Assembly (NCBI RefSeq): GCF_000010625.1
Contig: NC_010296.1
Location: forward strand, 780,001-812,000
From: Microcystis aeruginosa NIES-843
GTDB lineage: Bacteria > Cyanobacteriota > Cyanobacteriia > Cyanobacteriales > Microcystaceae
Length of the DNA: 32,000 bases
Direction of reading: 5' to 3'
Shown here: positions 1 through 9,499 of the stretch, one piece after another
Position numbering within the stretch: the stretch's first letter is position 1
Layout of the letters: the number at the start of each line of letters is the position of its first letter
Notes under the pieces: generated by a model
Database searches by the model: none
The model's input: only the letters and a program-made list of their open reading frames with translations
Told to the model about the DNA's origin: nothing
Made by a program: the position numbers and the translations under genes

Positions 1-165
1 ATTTCCCTATATTTTGAACTGGTAGATAAAATATGAACAGGATAATTAAGGTTGCTTTAGTTGCCTTACTATGGATAATTGTGACTACTTCCGCAGTTGA
101 CCTCGGAGGAGATACATCACGTCGTTTGGACATGGCTCATGCTTGGTGGACAGGTCAACCGGAAA

Positions 166-1346
166 TGGGAGCATCCCAGTTTTGCAATGAGTAAAAATAC
201 TCAGGCAATATCGCCGTTGAGATAAGCACAACGTAGCTTCAAATACTGAGGAACATTCTCTGCTTTCCATTGTGCTCCCACAATTTTCATTCTTGCACCT
301 ATTTGCTTAATCTTTGACTCTACACTTCCAGAACCGATGCAAATCCCTTGTGATTGATAGAGTTCGTAATTGGGTATTCTTTCTCGATGTTTATCGACAT
401 ATTTGGTGAAATTTATAGCCTGTTTCTTTTTGCATCCCTCTAATTCCTCTAAAACTCTTTTCACCTCTCCTTTCCATAAATTCTCTTTGATTCTATTCAG
501 ACGCTTGTTTGACCCGCCTATTTTCTTCATATTCTCTACTAAATGATACCAATCCAATATTTCTCTCCTTTTAACACCGATTTTCTCCATCAGATTCCAC
601 ACCCCATCATGACCATCTCCTAAACAGGTGACTACCTCTGTTAAGGGCTGACGGTTCACCCATTCCAGTAATTCTTCATTTTGCTGAAAAAATCCCGCAC
701 ATTCTTGACCATGCAGACTTACTGCTTTGTAATCTCGACCTTGACTCGGTTGTCCTTTGGGCGTTCTGATTCTGACTTTTCCGACCTCTACACTCAATGC
801 TTCTACCGGACTCTTTGCTTCTGCTTCCTCAAATTTATATCTTTGTACAAGCCTCTGTTGACTACTGCCTGAAACTGCCATTCCTGTCGCCATTTTGATA
901 GCTTTTTCCGCATCTTCAAAAGAGACTTTAGCCACTGCTCCTAAGCAACATTTCTCCAGCATGGGACTTAATCGATTATTCTTGCTTAATCCTAGTTTAT
1001 CGGCTTGTTTCTCGCTTATCTTGACTTTCCCTATGATACTGCTTACGCTTTTGGTTCGCCCTGCTTGGGTTCCTGTTGCTGATTCAAAAAAAAATTGCCT
1101 ATGGCAGGACCCAATGTAGTCAGCCAATGGTCTCGCAGGGCGGTTTCAATGCCCTCAAAGCTACGTAGTTGTTCTTCTGGGGTATTATCGACTAGAATTT
1201 GAGCAATGGCTTTTAAATGTTGATCTAGTTGTTCTTTTTGGTCTGTATTCATGATTCTACCGTTTAATTGTTTCTCTTTATTTTGCCTTAGCTAACGTTT
1301 TTAGTCTCTAAGCATTTATACTTATGGCAAAATTGGGATGCTCCCA
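166..1346 (-). mobile_element. Insertion sequence, 1181 bp, with 20-bp terminal inverted repeats and a 7-9 bp target site duplication
   Basis: Left TIR is TGGGAGCATCCCAGTTTTGC (166-185). The right TIR at 1327-1346 is its reverse complement with one mismatch. Direct repeat CCGGAAA flanks the element at 159-165 and 1347-1353. A transposase is encoded inside. Confidence 0.85.
201..1252 (-). CDS. DDE-type transposase in two overlapping frames (1043-1252, then 201-1127); ISKra4-like by motif pattern, family tentative
   Basis: The 69-aa N-terminal ORF and the 308-aa ORF overlap at a T9 run (A9 on the plus strand, 1086-1094). A -1 shift there reads ...LGPAIGNFFF/ESATGTQAG.... Motifs DGHDGVWN, LDWYHLVEN and GSGSVES are typical of DDE transposases. 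Confidence 0.7.
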
Positions 1347-2808
1347 CCGGAAATATCCTTAACATCGGATTATAAACCTGAAGTTCGCGGAGAACAGTGG
1401 ATGGTTTTTGGAGTTGATAATAAACCTTACATTTTTTATGAAGTAGGACAATCGGTATTAATGCTTCCTGCTGATTGGATAGGAACTCAATTACATCAAT
1501 ATTTTCCTGATATAGGTGAAAAAGATTTCCGTCGTTTGTCCGTAACTTTTTTGACTTTTATTCCTCTTAACGTTGCTACAGTTATTGCTTGTTTTTGGTT
1601 ACTAAGAATTTTTAAAGTTAACGAAAATCTAGCGGCTTTTAGTAGTATTATATGGTTAATTGGTAGCACTTTTCTACACTATGCCCAAATTCCATTTCAG
1701 AACAATCAGGTGCTATTATTGGTTATACTCGGGTATGGTTGTGCTTTAGTCGCTTCCCTCGATCAAAAACCTCTTTTTGCCCTACTTGGTGGATTATGCT
1801 TAGGATTGGCCATTTTAATTCGGGTTAGTTCTATTCTTCATGTTCTAACTGTGTCTCTGTTCTTTATTACTTACCTTTTTTACAAGTATCGACATAGAAA
1901 AATTATCTTTCAGTACGGATTAATCTGGTTGGGAGGCTTTCTCCCTCTATTTTTATTGGGGAGATTGCTCGATTATATCCGCTATGGAAGCCCCTGGATG
2001 ACTGGACAAAGATTATGGGTTAAACAAATTTATAATCATCCTTTTTGGTCTAATTTGCCAGAGTTTCCAGAAAATTGGCCTATACTGTCTGATCCTATCG
2101 GTATTTGGGGAGCGTTATTTTCACCAGCCAAAAGTATTTTTATTTATGATCCTTTATTATTGCCCTGCTTAATTTTAGGAATTGTTTTTTGGAAACGTTT
2201 TCTACCGGAGATTAAATTATATCTTCTCAGTGTTTTGTTAAATTTAGGATTACATATAGCCGTAACCAGTTATCTAGATTTCTGGCACGGTGATAGTGCA
2301 TGGGCTGCTCGTTATCACGTCACGTCTGTCCATTTAATTCTCCTCCCTTTAATTCCTGTACTTATAGAATTTATGTTTAGAAGTCGAGGATTTAAAAATT
2401 GGATAATAAAGACAATAATTTTCCTGTCGATTATTATACAATCTCTCTCAATTATCTTGAGTTTTGCGTTGGAAGATGCCCAGGGATATTTATTACCTCC
2501 AGAACGTCGCTACTTAGAGTTTAGACTAGGACAACGCATAGTAAATGTAGTCTGTAAGGTTAATTCGTCCATATCTGATTCCTGCATTACCGAGAAAATT
2601 GCTAAATTAAGTGAAATTCAAGATACTACTTTAGGGCGAACTTTAAAACAAATTGATTATAATAACCGTATAGTTTTATTGCCGTTTAATTATGCTAGGT
2701 ATCGATGGAATCGTCGCTGGACTTTTATAATTTGGTCGGTAATGCTGTTGTTAGCAATATCAATGACAATACACCTATGGAAATCGGTAAGTTTAGAATA
2801 GATAAGAT

Positions 2809-3060
2809 AACCGCGGTTGCTGAAAGGGGGACAAGAAGGCTGAAATCCATATATCATAAGCTTTTCATGGTTTTAGCTCTAAAAAGTTCGCCGCACCATC
2901 TCTCACTTATTAATAATAATTCCTAGTAAGCTCGCTCCTGTCCCTAATTCTTTCGTTAGCTTTTTGCCTAGAATCGCTAGATCTATTTCTAGCGAGAGAA
3001 GCCAGAAGCCTGTGTTGGCAAGTTTTCTAGCTCGCTTGTCCCCCTGTCAGCCGCGGTTGG
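2809..3060. mobile_element. MITE-like element, about 252 bp
   Basis: Imperfect terminal inverted repeats: AACCGCGGTTGCTGAAAGGGGGACAAG (2809-2835) versus CTTGTCCCCCTGTCAGCCGCGGTT (3035-3058). These match with one mismatch and a 3-nt indel. There is no ORF and there are internal small hairpins. It lies directly after the stop of the upstream gene. No clear TSD. Confidence 0.45.
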
Positions 3061-3219
3061 CAACGAGCATAATCTCTCATCTGCCCCTGAACTGACGTTA
3101 ATATCGGTTGCAGGAATCAGGAGTTAGGGAAATTGTGTCTATCACTTAATTTCGATCTTCTGCGCCTAACCCCTCAATTGTGATACAATCGCCCCAAAAC
3201 GTCCCCGCGTCAGTCAAAT

Positions 3220-4239
3220 ATGTCCCCGATTACACCGTCCATCAGTGTCAACGAACCAAACCCGCAGGCTGCCATCCAGACTTTATCGGTAGTGGTTCCC
3301 ATATATAACGAAGTGGACAGTATTCCCCATCTCGTCGAGAGTATCGCCACGATTTTGCGTTCTTATCAAATTAACTACGAGATAATCTGTGTTGACGACG
3401 GTTCTAAGGATGGTTCCACCGAGGTTTTAACTAATTTAGCCAAAAATCGCGATGATCTCAAGGCGGTAATATTGCGACGCAACTACGGACAAACCCCCGC
3501 CATGGCTGCCGGATTTAATTATGCCACGGGACAGATAATCGTTACCCTCGACGGCGATTTACAGAACGATCCCAATGATATACCCCTATTATTGGCCAAA
3601 TTAGAGGAAGGTTATGACCTCGTGAGTGGCTGGCGCAAAAATCGCCAAGATGACCGGGTAAAACGGCTTTTACCCTCAAAAATAGCTAATTGGCTGATAG
3701 CAAAGGTAACAGGGGTCAAATTACACGACTACGGTTGTTCTTTGAAAGCCTATCGAGCCGAATTAGTCGCCGATATGAATCTTTACGGGGAATTACATCG
3801 CTTTTTACCCGCATTGGCTTTTATTGAAGGGGCAAAAATAACCGAAATTCCCGTTAATCACCACGCTAGACGGTTCGGACAGAGTAAATATGGTTTAGGT
3901 CGCACAATTCGCGTGATTATGGACTTATTTACTGTCTTTTTTATGAAAAAGTTCCTCACCCGTCCGATGCACATTTTTGGACTCTACGGACTGTTATCGA
4001 TGGTAGTGGGGATTATTCTAGGCACTTATCTGACTATTCTCAAACTCGGTTTCGGACAAGAAATCGGCGATCGACCTTTGTTAATCCTGGCCGTGTTATT
4101 CTTTTTAACTGGGGTACAATTACTCTGTTTTGGTCTTTTGGCAGAAATTTTGATGCGAACTTACCATGAATCCCAAAAACGTCCCATCTACCGCGTTCGT
4201 ACTGTTGTCGGGAATAGGGGATTTTTCAGTGAGCAGTGA
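3220..4239 (+). CDS. Family 2 glycosyltransferase, polyprenyl-phosphate sugar transferase type (ArnC/GtrB/DPM1-like)
   Basis: N-terminal GT-A signature: VVVPIYNEVDSI, VDDGSKDGS, LDGDLQNDP. Two C-terminal TM helices, as in GtrB/ArnC-type enzymes. The last codons and the stop (4237-4239) lie inside a heptamer repeat. Confidence 0.85.
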   Translation: MSPITPSISVNEPNPQAAIQTLSVVVPIYNEVDSIPHLVESIATILRSYQINYEIICVDDGSKDGSTEVLTNLAKNRDDLKAVILRRNYGQTPAMAAGFNYATGQIIVTLDGDLQNDPNDIPLLLAKLEEGYDLVSGWRKNRQDDRVKRLLPSKIANWLIAKVTGVKLHDYGCSLKAYRAELVADMNLYGELHRFLPALAFIEGAKITEIPVNHHARRFGQSKYGLGRTIRVIMDLFTVFFMKKFLTRPMHIFGLYGLLSMVVGIILGTYLTILKLGFGQEIGDRPLLILAVLFFLTGVQLLCFGLLAEILMRTYHESQKRPIYRVRTVVGNRGFFSEQ

Positions 4240-4410
4240 GCAGTAATCAGTGAGCAGTAAACAGTAATCAGTAAACAGTAATCAGTGAAAAGACATCTCG
4301 GAACTTGCCACTTAATATTGTTCACTGAAAACTCAAATCTGATGACTGATAACTAAATCACTGATAACTGAATCACTGATAACTGATAACTGATAACTGA
4401 TAACTGAAAA
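4217..4410. repeat. Heptamer-armed palindromic element (STRR-like tandem heptamers) filling the whole intergenic region
   Basis: The left arm is 9 tandem CAGTNAN heptamers (4227-4289: CAGTGAG, CAGTAAT, CAGTAAA...). The right arm is CTGATAA-type heptamers (4339-4410), which are the near reverse complement (TTATCAG versus TAATCAG). Outer ends GGGGATTTTTCAG and CTGAAAAAAAT are inverted. A second copy is at 30344-30512. Confidence 0.8.
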
Positions 4411-4414
4411 AAAT

Positions 4415-5290
4415 ATGACTATTTGGGAACTTGATTTTTATTCGCGGCCGGTGGTGGATGAAAATAATAAAAAAAGATGGGAATTATTAATCTGTGAAAC
4501 TCCGGCAACAATCGATCGCTCCTCCGATACAATATTTAAATATGCCAGTTATTGTCCTAATACGATGGTTAATTCCCAATGGTTAGGAGAGGCAGTTACT
4601 GCAGCTATCAAGGAAGCGGGGGTAACTCCCAAAAAAATTCGCTTTTTCCGTCGTCAGATGAATAACATGATTAGCAAAGCTTGCGAGGATATCGGTATTC
4701 CCGCTTCCCCTAGTCGTCGCACTCATGCTTTAACTAGATGGATAGAAGAAAGAATGGTTAATTTCTACCCCCAAGAAGTTGGTTATGATCAAAATTTAAC
4801 TAAAACTGCTTCCGTTAATTATCCCCCTTTAAATGCTGTTCCCCTTCCCGATGCTGTCCGGGGAGATAAGGCAGATAAATGGGCTTTTGTTACGCTAGAA
4901 TTGTCTTCTTTTAATGATTTAAAAGATTGGGATATTAGCTTCGGAGAAAATTTGCCTATACTGGGAATGGGGTTAGATGAGAATCTAAAAATCCCCGGTT
5001 TAGTTATTTTTTCCCCCCGCGCTTTACCATTATCTGGTTGGATGTCAGGGTTAGAAATGGCCTATTTAAAGTTAGAAACTGGTTCTCGTCCTCTGCTACG
5101 TTTAGAAACGGGTGCTAGTGATAGCTGGATTCTCGTCAACGTCACTAATGCCGAGACTTTAAACGAAGCCAAAAACTTTGAAGAAGCTAAACAAAAAGCC
5201 AATAATCTGCATTTTTTAGCCATTCAATCTAACCCTGAATCGGAATCCTTCGCCGGTTTTTGGCTATTACAAGAAGGCTCTCAAGAGTAA
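4415..5290 (+). CDS. Tab2/ATAB2-family (DUF1092) RNA-binding protein
   Basis: The N-terminus MTIWELDFYSRPVVDENNKKRWELLICE matches the conserved start of cyanobacterial Tab2 homologs as I recall them. The size (~290 aa) fits. Confidence 0.7.
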   Translation: MTIWELDFYSRPVVDENNKKRWELLICETPATIDRSSDTIFKYASYCPNTMVNSQWLGEAVTAAIKEAGVTPKKIRFFRRQMNNMISKACEDIGIPASPSRRTHALTRWIEERMVNFYPQEVGYDQNLTKTASVNYPPLNAVPLPDAVRGDKADKWAFVTLELSSFNDLKDWDISFGENLPILGMGLDENLKIPGLVIFSPRALPLSGWMSGLEMAYLKLETGSRPLLRLETGASDSWILVNVTNAETLNEAKNFEEAKQKANNLHFLAIQSNPESESFAGFWLLQEGSQE

Positions 5291-5334
5291 AGTTTAGTCA
5301 GGGTGGGTTTTCAATCCACCCCTAGGGAATTAAC

Positions 5335-6804
5335 TTAAAAACATTGTCCAGTCCAACTACCGTGTAACCCGTAGGGAATATGATGTTTAAGATGGATAAC
5401 TGCTAGGGAATTAGTGATATCTTTAGCATCTAAGATTACCCCATTCGATCGATGATTGGCTGCATCGTAGGTGACTACCAATAACCAACCATCATCTTCA
5501 GCGATTCCATCGGGTTTAGGCACAAAAATTGGCTCACCTGCGAATCCCCGGGGAGCAAAAGAATGTAATTGTTTTTCTCCCGTTAATAGGTCCAGTTTTA
5601 AGATTGCTTGCAAAGGAGCATTACCAGTGGCATGATGAGCGGCAGCGATGTATAAATAACGGTAATCTCGACCAACTTTTGCAGGATTAATACTGGGAAA
5701 TTCACAACAATGCTCTAGAATACATTCTCTTGTAACCGTATTTTCTGATAAATTTAGTGTAAATCGCCACAGATGTCCGGGAGCTAAACTATCAAAATCT
5801 ACCGATTGAAAATTGCTATTTGAATCCAGTTGTGGTAAGGATTGATAACAAATAGAATCGATATAAATTTTCTCCCCTTGTGCAAAAGCATTGCTATGAT
5901 GGAAGACAAAACCCGATGGAGTTTCTAAAACTTTCACTTCTCTTTTGTTAGGATCCCGGGGGATAATAATAATCCTAGTTAACTTGTCCGGTTGATTGAT
6001 GACGCATTCCCCCGCACCTTTTAACCCAAAAAGAAAGGGAAAAGGATTATAACCAACCGGGTTTTGGAAAAAGATAGCGTAGTGGGGAGTAATAACAAAA
6101 TCGTGGATAAAACAAAAGCCCGGTACACTGTGGGTATGACGACGTAATAACTTACCCGTGGGACTAATTTCGTAGAGAGTAATGGCACTCGACAAACCCG
6201 TTTTAATGGCAAAATTTACCAGACAAGGTTGATGATTATCGAAGATACAAGCGGGATCGATGCGAGGATGAGCGGCAAAAGAATCGCCTTTTTCCAAGAT
6301 ACCATCGAGATAGTCTAAACCAATAGTATCAAGGGTTTTAGCATCGAGGCGATGGGGTTCGGCCGCTTCCCAAAGTGCCAGTAATTTATTACCCCAGTAG
6401 ATAACATTAGTATTAGCAATATTTTTCAGACGCAAATCAAAAGCATTGCCGAAAATTCCCCCCGGTTTTTTCGTGCCGAAAACACCGCGATAAAGGGGTT
6501 TTCCCGCTTTCTGTTCCTGGAGATAACCCTCGGTTTTAACAAAACGATTACGATAATGTACGCGCCCATGGTTGAAGCTAATCGCGCTGATCATACCATC
6601 CCCATCGAAGGGATGAGCGATCGCAGTGCCAGCGATATCGAGTAAACCGGGGCCGTTTTTAAAGACTGTACCCTGTAAATCGGGGGGAATTTGCCCCTCG
6701 ATGTCTTCTACCTCGTAATCGTACTCGTTAGGTTGGGATTGATAGCCTTTTTGCCAATCCTGACGATTATAGGATTTTTCGCCAATTGTCGGAGTTAATA
6801 CCAT
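5335..6804 (-). CDS. Carotenoid cleavage oxygenase (apocarotenoid-15,15'-oxygenase-like)
   Basis: Motifs HPFDGDGM, FIHDF and FHHSNAF supply the iron-ligand His residues. MVLTPTIGEKSYNRQDWQKGYQSQPNEYDY resembles the Synechocystis ACO N-terminus, so I prefer the Met at 6804 over the track start at 6882. Confidence 0.85.
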   Translation of the reverse strand: MVLTPTIGEKSYNRQDWQKGYQSQPNEYDYEVEDIEGQIPPDLQGTVFKNGPGLLDIAGTAIAHPFDGDGMISAISFNHGRVHYRNRFVKTEGYLQEQKAGKPLYRGVFGTKKPGGIFGNAFDLRLKNIANTNVIYWGNKLLALWEAAEPHRLDAKTLDTIGLDYLDGILEKGDSFAAHPRIDPACIFDNHQPCLVNFAIKTGLSSAITLYEISPTGKLLRRHTHSVPGFCFIHDFVITPHYAIFFQNPVGYNPFPFLFGLKGAGECVINQPDKLTRIIIIPRDPNKREVKVLETPSGFVFHHSNAFAQGEKIYIDSICYQSLPQLDSNSNFQSVDFDSLAPGHLWRFTLNLSENTVTRECILEHCCEFPSINPAKVGRDYRYLYIAAAHHATGNAPLQAILKLDLLTGEKQLHSFAPRGFAGEPIFVPKPDGIAEDDGWLLVVTYDAANHRSNGVILDAKDITNSLAVIHLKHHIPYGLHGSWTGQCF

Positions 6805-6917
6805 GGTAGTTTTAGGTTTGGATTTACTTTTCTTAACATAACTTAAAACTACCAGAGCTAAAAAGAAGGGGGGGCCAATCATTTTTTCAGCCTATTTACC
6901 CCCTCCTTGCCGTCATG

Positions 6918-9089
6918 TTATTTAACAAACAACATTTCTTGATAGGTAGGCAGCGGCCAGAAATTGTCGGCCACTTCCCCTTCCAGTGTGTCAGCATATT
7001 CGCGCACCTTATCCATCAAGGGACGGATCGTTTGAGCGGAATACTGCATATGTTCCTCGATCGAGTCAAAATCGTCTTTAGCCGTGGCCTCACTCAGTTT
7101 GCTAACGCCATCCATCAGTAATTTAATTAAATTCGAGACGGTTTGGGCGCTTTCCTTATCCATCTCGATGCCGATCGCCGCCGCATTAGCGATCGCCAAA
7201 GACAATTCCGACAAGTAGCGAACGGCAGCGGGATAAATAATCGTTTTAGCCATACTTACCACCAGTTTCGCCTCCACCTCGATGGCCAGTAAATACTGTT
7301 CTGCATAGACATCGAAACGACTTTCCAGTTCAACGGGGGTAAGCACACCCATGCGGGCAAACAGTTCTTCGATATAATCGGCTTTCAGCACGGGTAAAGC
7401 ATCGGCAGTGGTGCGGAGATTAGCCAAACCGCGCTCTTCTACCGCCATTTTGTGCCATTCCGGGGAATATCCGTTACCTCCGAAGATCACATTTCTGTGT
7501 TTGTCCATGATCTCCTTGAGAACACCCTGGGCGGCAGTATTGAGGTCTTCCCCGGCTTTCATCCGGCTTTCTAAGTTATCCGCCACCCAAGTCAGGGAAT
7601 CCGCTAGAATCGTGTTCATCGCCACCAGCGGCCCGGAAACTGACTGATTAGAACCCACGGCGCGGAATTCAAAGCGATTGCCCGTAAAAGCAAAAGGAGA
7701 GGTACGATTGCGATCGCCAGGATCCTTGGGGAATACCGGCAGGGTATCGACACCGAGATCCATCAACCCCGGGGCATCAGAACCCTCAATTCGGCCTTGG
7801 CTAATTTGGTCGAATACCTTTTCTAACTGGCTGCCCAAATATACCGAAATAATGGCGGGAGGAGCTTCATTTGCCCCCAAACGGTGATCATTGCTGGCGG
7901 TAGCCACCACTGCGCGTAAAAGCGCCCCGTACTTGTGAACGCCACGAATCACCGCCCCACAGAATAACAAAAACTGCATATTAGCGTGGGGAGTATCGCC
8001 CGGATCTAACAAATTGCCCTGGGTGGCGTTGCCGACAGACCAGTTAACGTGTTTTCCCGAACCATTAATTCCCGCAAAGGGTTTTTCGTGCAGTAGGCAA
8101 ACAAAACCGTGTTTTTTAGCCGTACTTTTCAGCAAAGTCATAATTAACTGCTGATGGTCACTGGCCACGTTAGCAGCCTCGAAAAAGGGGGCAATCTCGA
8201 ACTGTCCGGGGGCGACTTCATTATGGCGGGTTTTGGCCGGAATGCCGAGGCGATACATTCTTTCCTCTACTTCCTGCATAAACACCTGAACCCGTTCGGG
8301 AATCGCGCCAAAATAATGATCGTCGAACTGTTGACCCTTGGCGGCGGGTTTACCAAATAGGGTGCGACCGGTGAGCAGTAAATCGGGGCGACTATGGGCA
8401 AAATGAGCATCTACGAGGAAATATTCCTGTTCAGCGCCGCAGCTGGAGTTAACGGGGGCGACTTCCGTATGTCCTAATAGTTTAAGCACCCTGGTGGCGG
8501 CTTTACTCATCGATGAAATCGAGCGTAAAAGCGGCGTTTTTTTGTCGAGGGCCTCTCCTGTCCAAGAGATGAAAACCGTGGGGATACACAGGGTGACACC
8601 ATTATCCGTTTCCATGACGTAGGCGGGACTGGTGACATCCCAAGCGGTGTAACCCCGCGCTTCAAAGGTGGAGCGAAGTCCGCCGTTAGGAAAGGAAGAC
8701 CCGTCCGGTTCTCCCTGTACTAAGACTTTGCCCGTAAATTCCGTGATCACCGAACCGTCGCTCTGCACAGAGATAAAACCATCGTGTTTTTCGGCGGTGG
8801 CGTTAGTCATCGGATAGAAGACGTGAGCATAGTACAGCGCCCCTTTGGACGTGGCCCAATCTTTCATCGCTGCCGCTACCGCACTGGCGATGGAAACGTC
8901 TAATTTTCCCCCGGTTAAAATCGTGTTTTTGACCGATTTGAATACGTCTTTCGGAAGACTGGCCTGCATTTTGCTCAGGGTAAACACATCGGTTGCCCAG
9001 AGGGCCTCTAAACGCTGAGGAATTTTGCTAGGTAGGGGTTTACGATCCGTTACTTGAGAGATAGCTTGAACACGCGTTCCATAACTCAT
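6918..9089 (-). CDS. glnN: Glutamine synthetase type III
   Basis: 723 aa, the typical GlnN length. GS motifs GAEQEYFL, HNEVAPGQFE and NGSGKHVNWS are present. Confidence 0.9.
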   Translation of the reverse strand: MSYGTRVQAISQVTDRKPLPSKIPQRLEALWATDVFTLSKMQASLPKDVFKSVKNTILTGGKLDVSIASAVAAAMKDWATSKGALYYAHVFYPMTNATAEKHDGFISVQSDGSVITEFTGKVLVQGEPDGSSFPNGGLRSTFEARGYTAWDVTSPAYVMETDNGVTLCIPTVFISWTGEALDKKTPLLRSISSMSKAATRVLKLLGHTEVAPVNSSCGAEQEYFLVDAHFAHSRPDLLLTGRTLFGKPAAKGQQFDDHYFGAIPERVQVFMQEVEERMYRLGIPAKTRHNEVAPGQFEIAPFFEAANVASDHQQLIMTLLKSTAKKHGFVCLLHEKPFAGINGSGKHVNWSVGNATQGNLLDPGDTPHANMQFLLFCGAVIRGVHKYGALLRAVVATASNDHRLGANEAPPAIISVYLGSQLEKVFDQISQGRIEGSDAPGLMDLGVDTLPVFPKDPGDRNRTSPFAFTGNRFEFRAVGSNQSVSGPLVAMNTILADSLTWVADNLESRMKAGEDLNTAAQGVLKEIMDKHRNVIFGGNGYSPEWHKMAVEERGLANLRTTADALPVLKADYIEELFARMGVLTPVELESRFDVYAEQYLLAIEVEAKLVVSMAKTIIYPAAVRYLSELSLAIANAAAIGIEMDKESAQTVSNLIKLLMDGVSKLSEATAKDDFDSIEEHMQYSAQTIRPLMDKVREYADTLEGEVADNFWPLPTYQEMLFVK

Positions 9090-9291
9090 AAGTATTTTTC
9101 CTATTTTGTTGTGTCGTGGATGAAGGGTTACTTTACTTAGGCGATGACAAGTTTCCTACTGATTTTGATGTTGAATTCCGGTCAGAGGCTATTCTCCGCT
9201 TAATAATTTTGATCCCACGGCACAAGCTTCTCTGCGGTTTTTATCTGCTTGCGCCTGCCTCTTTCCCGATCAATTAGCAACACCAGCCTTC

Positions 9292-9333
9292 ATCTTAAGA
9301 ACAGATGATCGAGAGATTTGTATCAAACATTAC
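9292..9333 (-). promoter_or_regulatory. NtcA-type activated promoter for glnN (GTA-N8-TAC, 22 nt, TAAGAT)
   Basis: GTATCAAACATTAC lies at 9320-9333. On the minus strand, exactly 22 nt downstream, is TAAGAT (plus-strand ATCTTA, 9292-9297), a TAN3T -10 box. No comparable -10 follows on the plus strand. Confidence 0.55.
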
Positions 9334-9372
9334 AAATATCCCAAACCCGATCTTCCACCAGCGATCGCACTG

Positions 9373-9405
9373 AGAAAACGGGTTTCTTTGAGAAACCCGT
9401 TTTCT
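9373..9405. repeat. 33-nt perfect palindrome, copy H1 (AGAAAACGGGTTTCT-TTG-AGAAACCCGTTTTCT)
   Basis: 15-bp stem with a 3-nt loop, flanked by CTG on the 5' side and GGA on the 3' side. It lies in the divergent region between glnN and the PEP-CTERM gene, not at any gene's 3' end. Confidence 0.9.
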
Positions 9406-9499
9406 GGAGATAAAACTCTATACATCTATGCAATCGATAAAAAAGCGATATTTGACAAAATCGGGGGGGGAGTAAGATGCTGGTGGAATTTGCCCAAAA

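Larger units (their letters stand above)
33..2801 (+). pseudogene. Polytopic membrane protein (tentatively GT-C / ArnT-PMT-like glycosyltransferase) split by an IS; N-terminal piece 33-165, remainder 1354-2801
   Basis: ORF 33-165 (MNRIIKVALVALLWIIVTTSAVDLGGDTSRRLDMAHAWWTGQPE) ends exactly at the IS left TIR. Removing 166-1346 plus one CCGGAAA copy joins it in frame to ...ISLTSDYKPEVRGEQW of the 487-aa track ORF. The track start at 1338 (ATG CTC CCA) lies inside the IS right TIR, so it is not the native start. The protein has many hydrophobic segments and a neighbouring GT2 polyprenyl-phosphate glycosyltransferase. The family call rests on architecture and context only. Confidence 0.6.

Noticed and set aside
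85-270. 61-aa minus-strand ORF crossing the IS left end.
   Set aside because: It straddles the host/IS junction and is antisense to the restored host gene, so it is an artefact of the insertion.
4227-4410. Heptamer tandem repeats as a CRISPR-like or coding repeat.
   Set aside because: The units are 7 nt and contiguous, with no spacers. They are STRR-like microsatellite arms of a palindromic element.
7408-8360. Plus-strand ORFs inside glnN (7408-7647, 7678-7887, 8154-8360 and 6915-7121).
   Set aside because: They are antisense shadow ORFs within a well-supported 723-aa gene, with no independent signals. The same applies to small ORFs antisense to the carotenoid oxygenase, BT1, cax, pstBACS, sbp, sigma factor and CadD genes (e.g. 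6021-6212, 13872-14072, 14346-14555, 17942-18124, 18256-18462, 18796-19029, 19267-19545, 19628-19888, 19934-20228, 20398-20679, 21279-21566, 21690-22599, 23129-23508, 25012-25833, 27077-27564, 27740-28012, 31139-31435).
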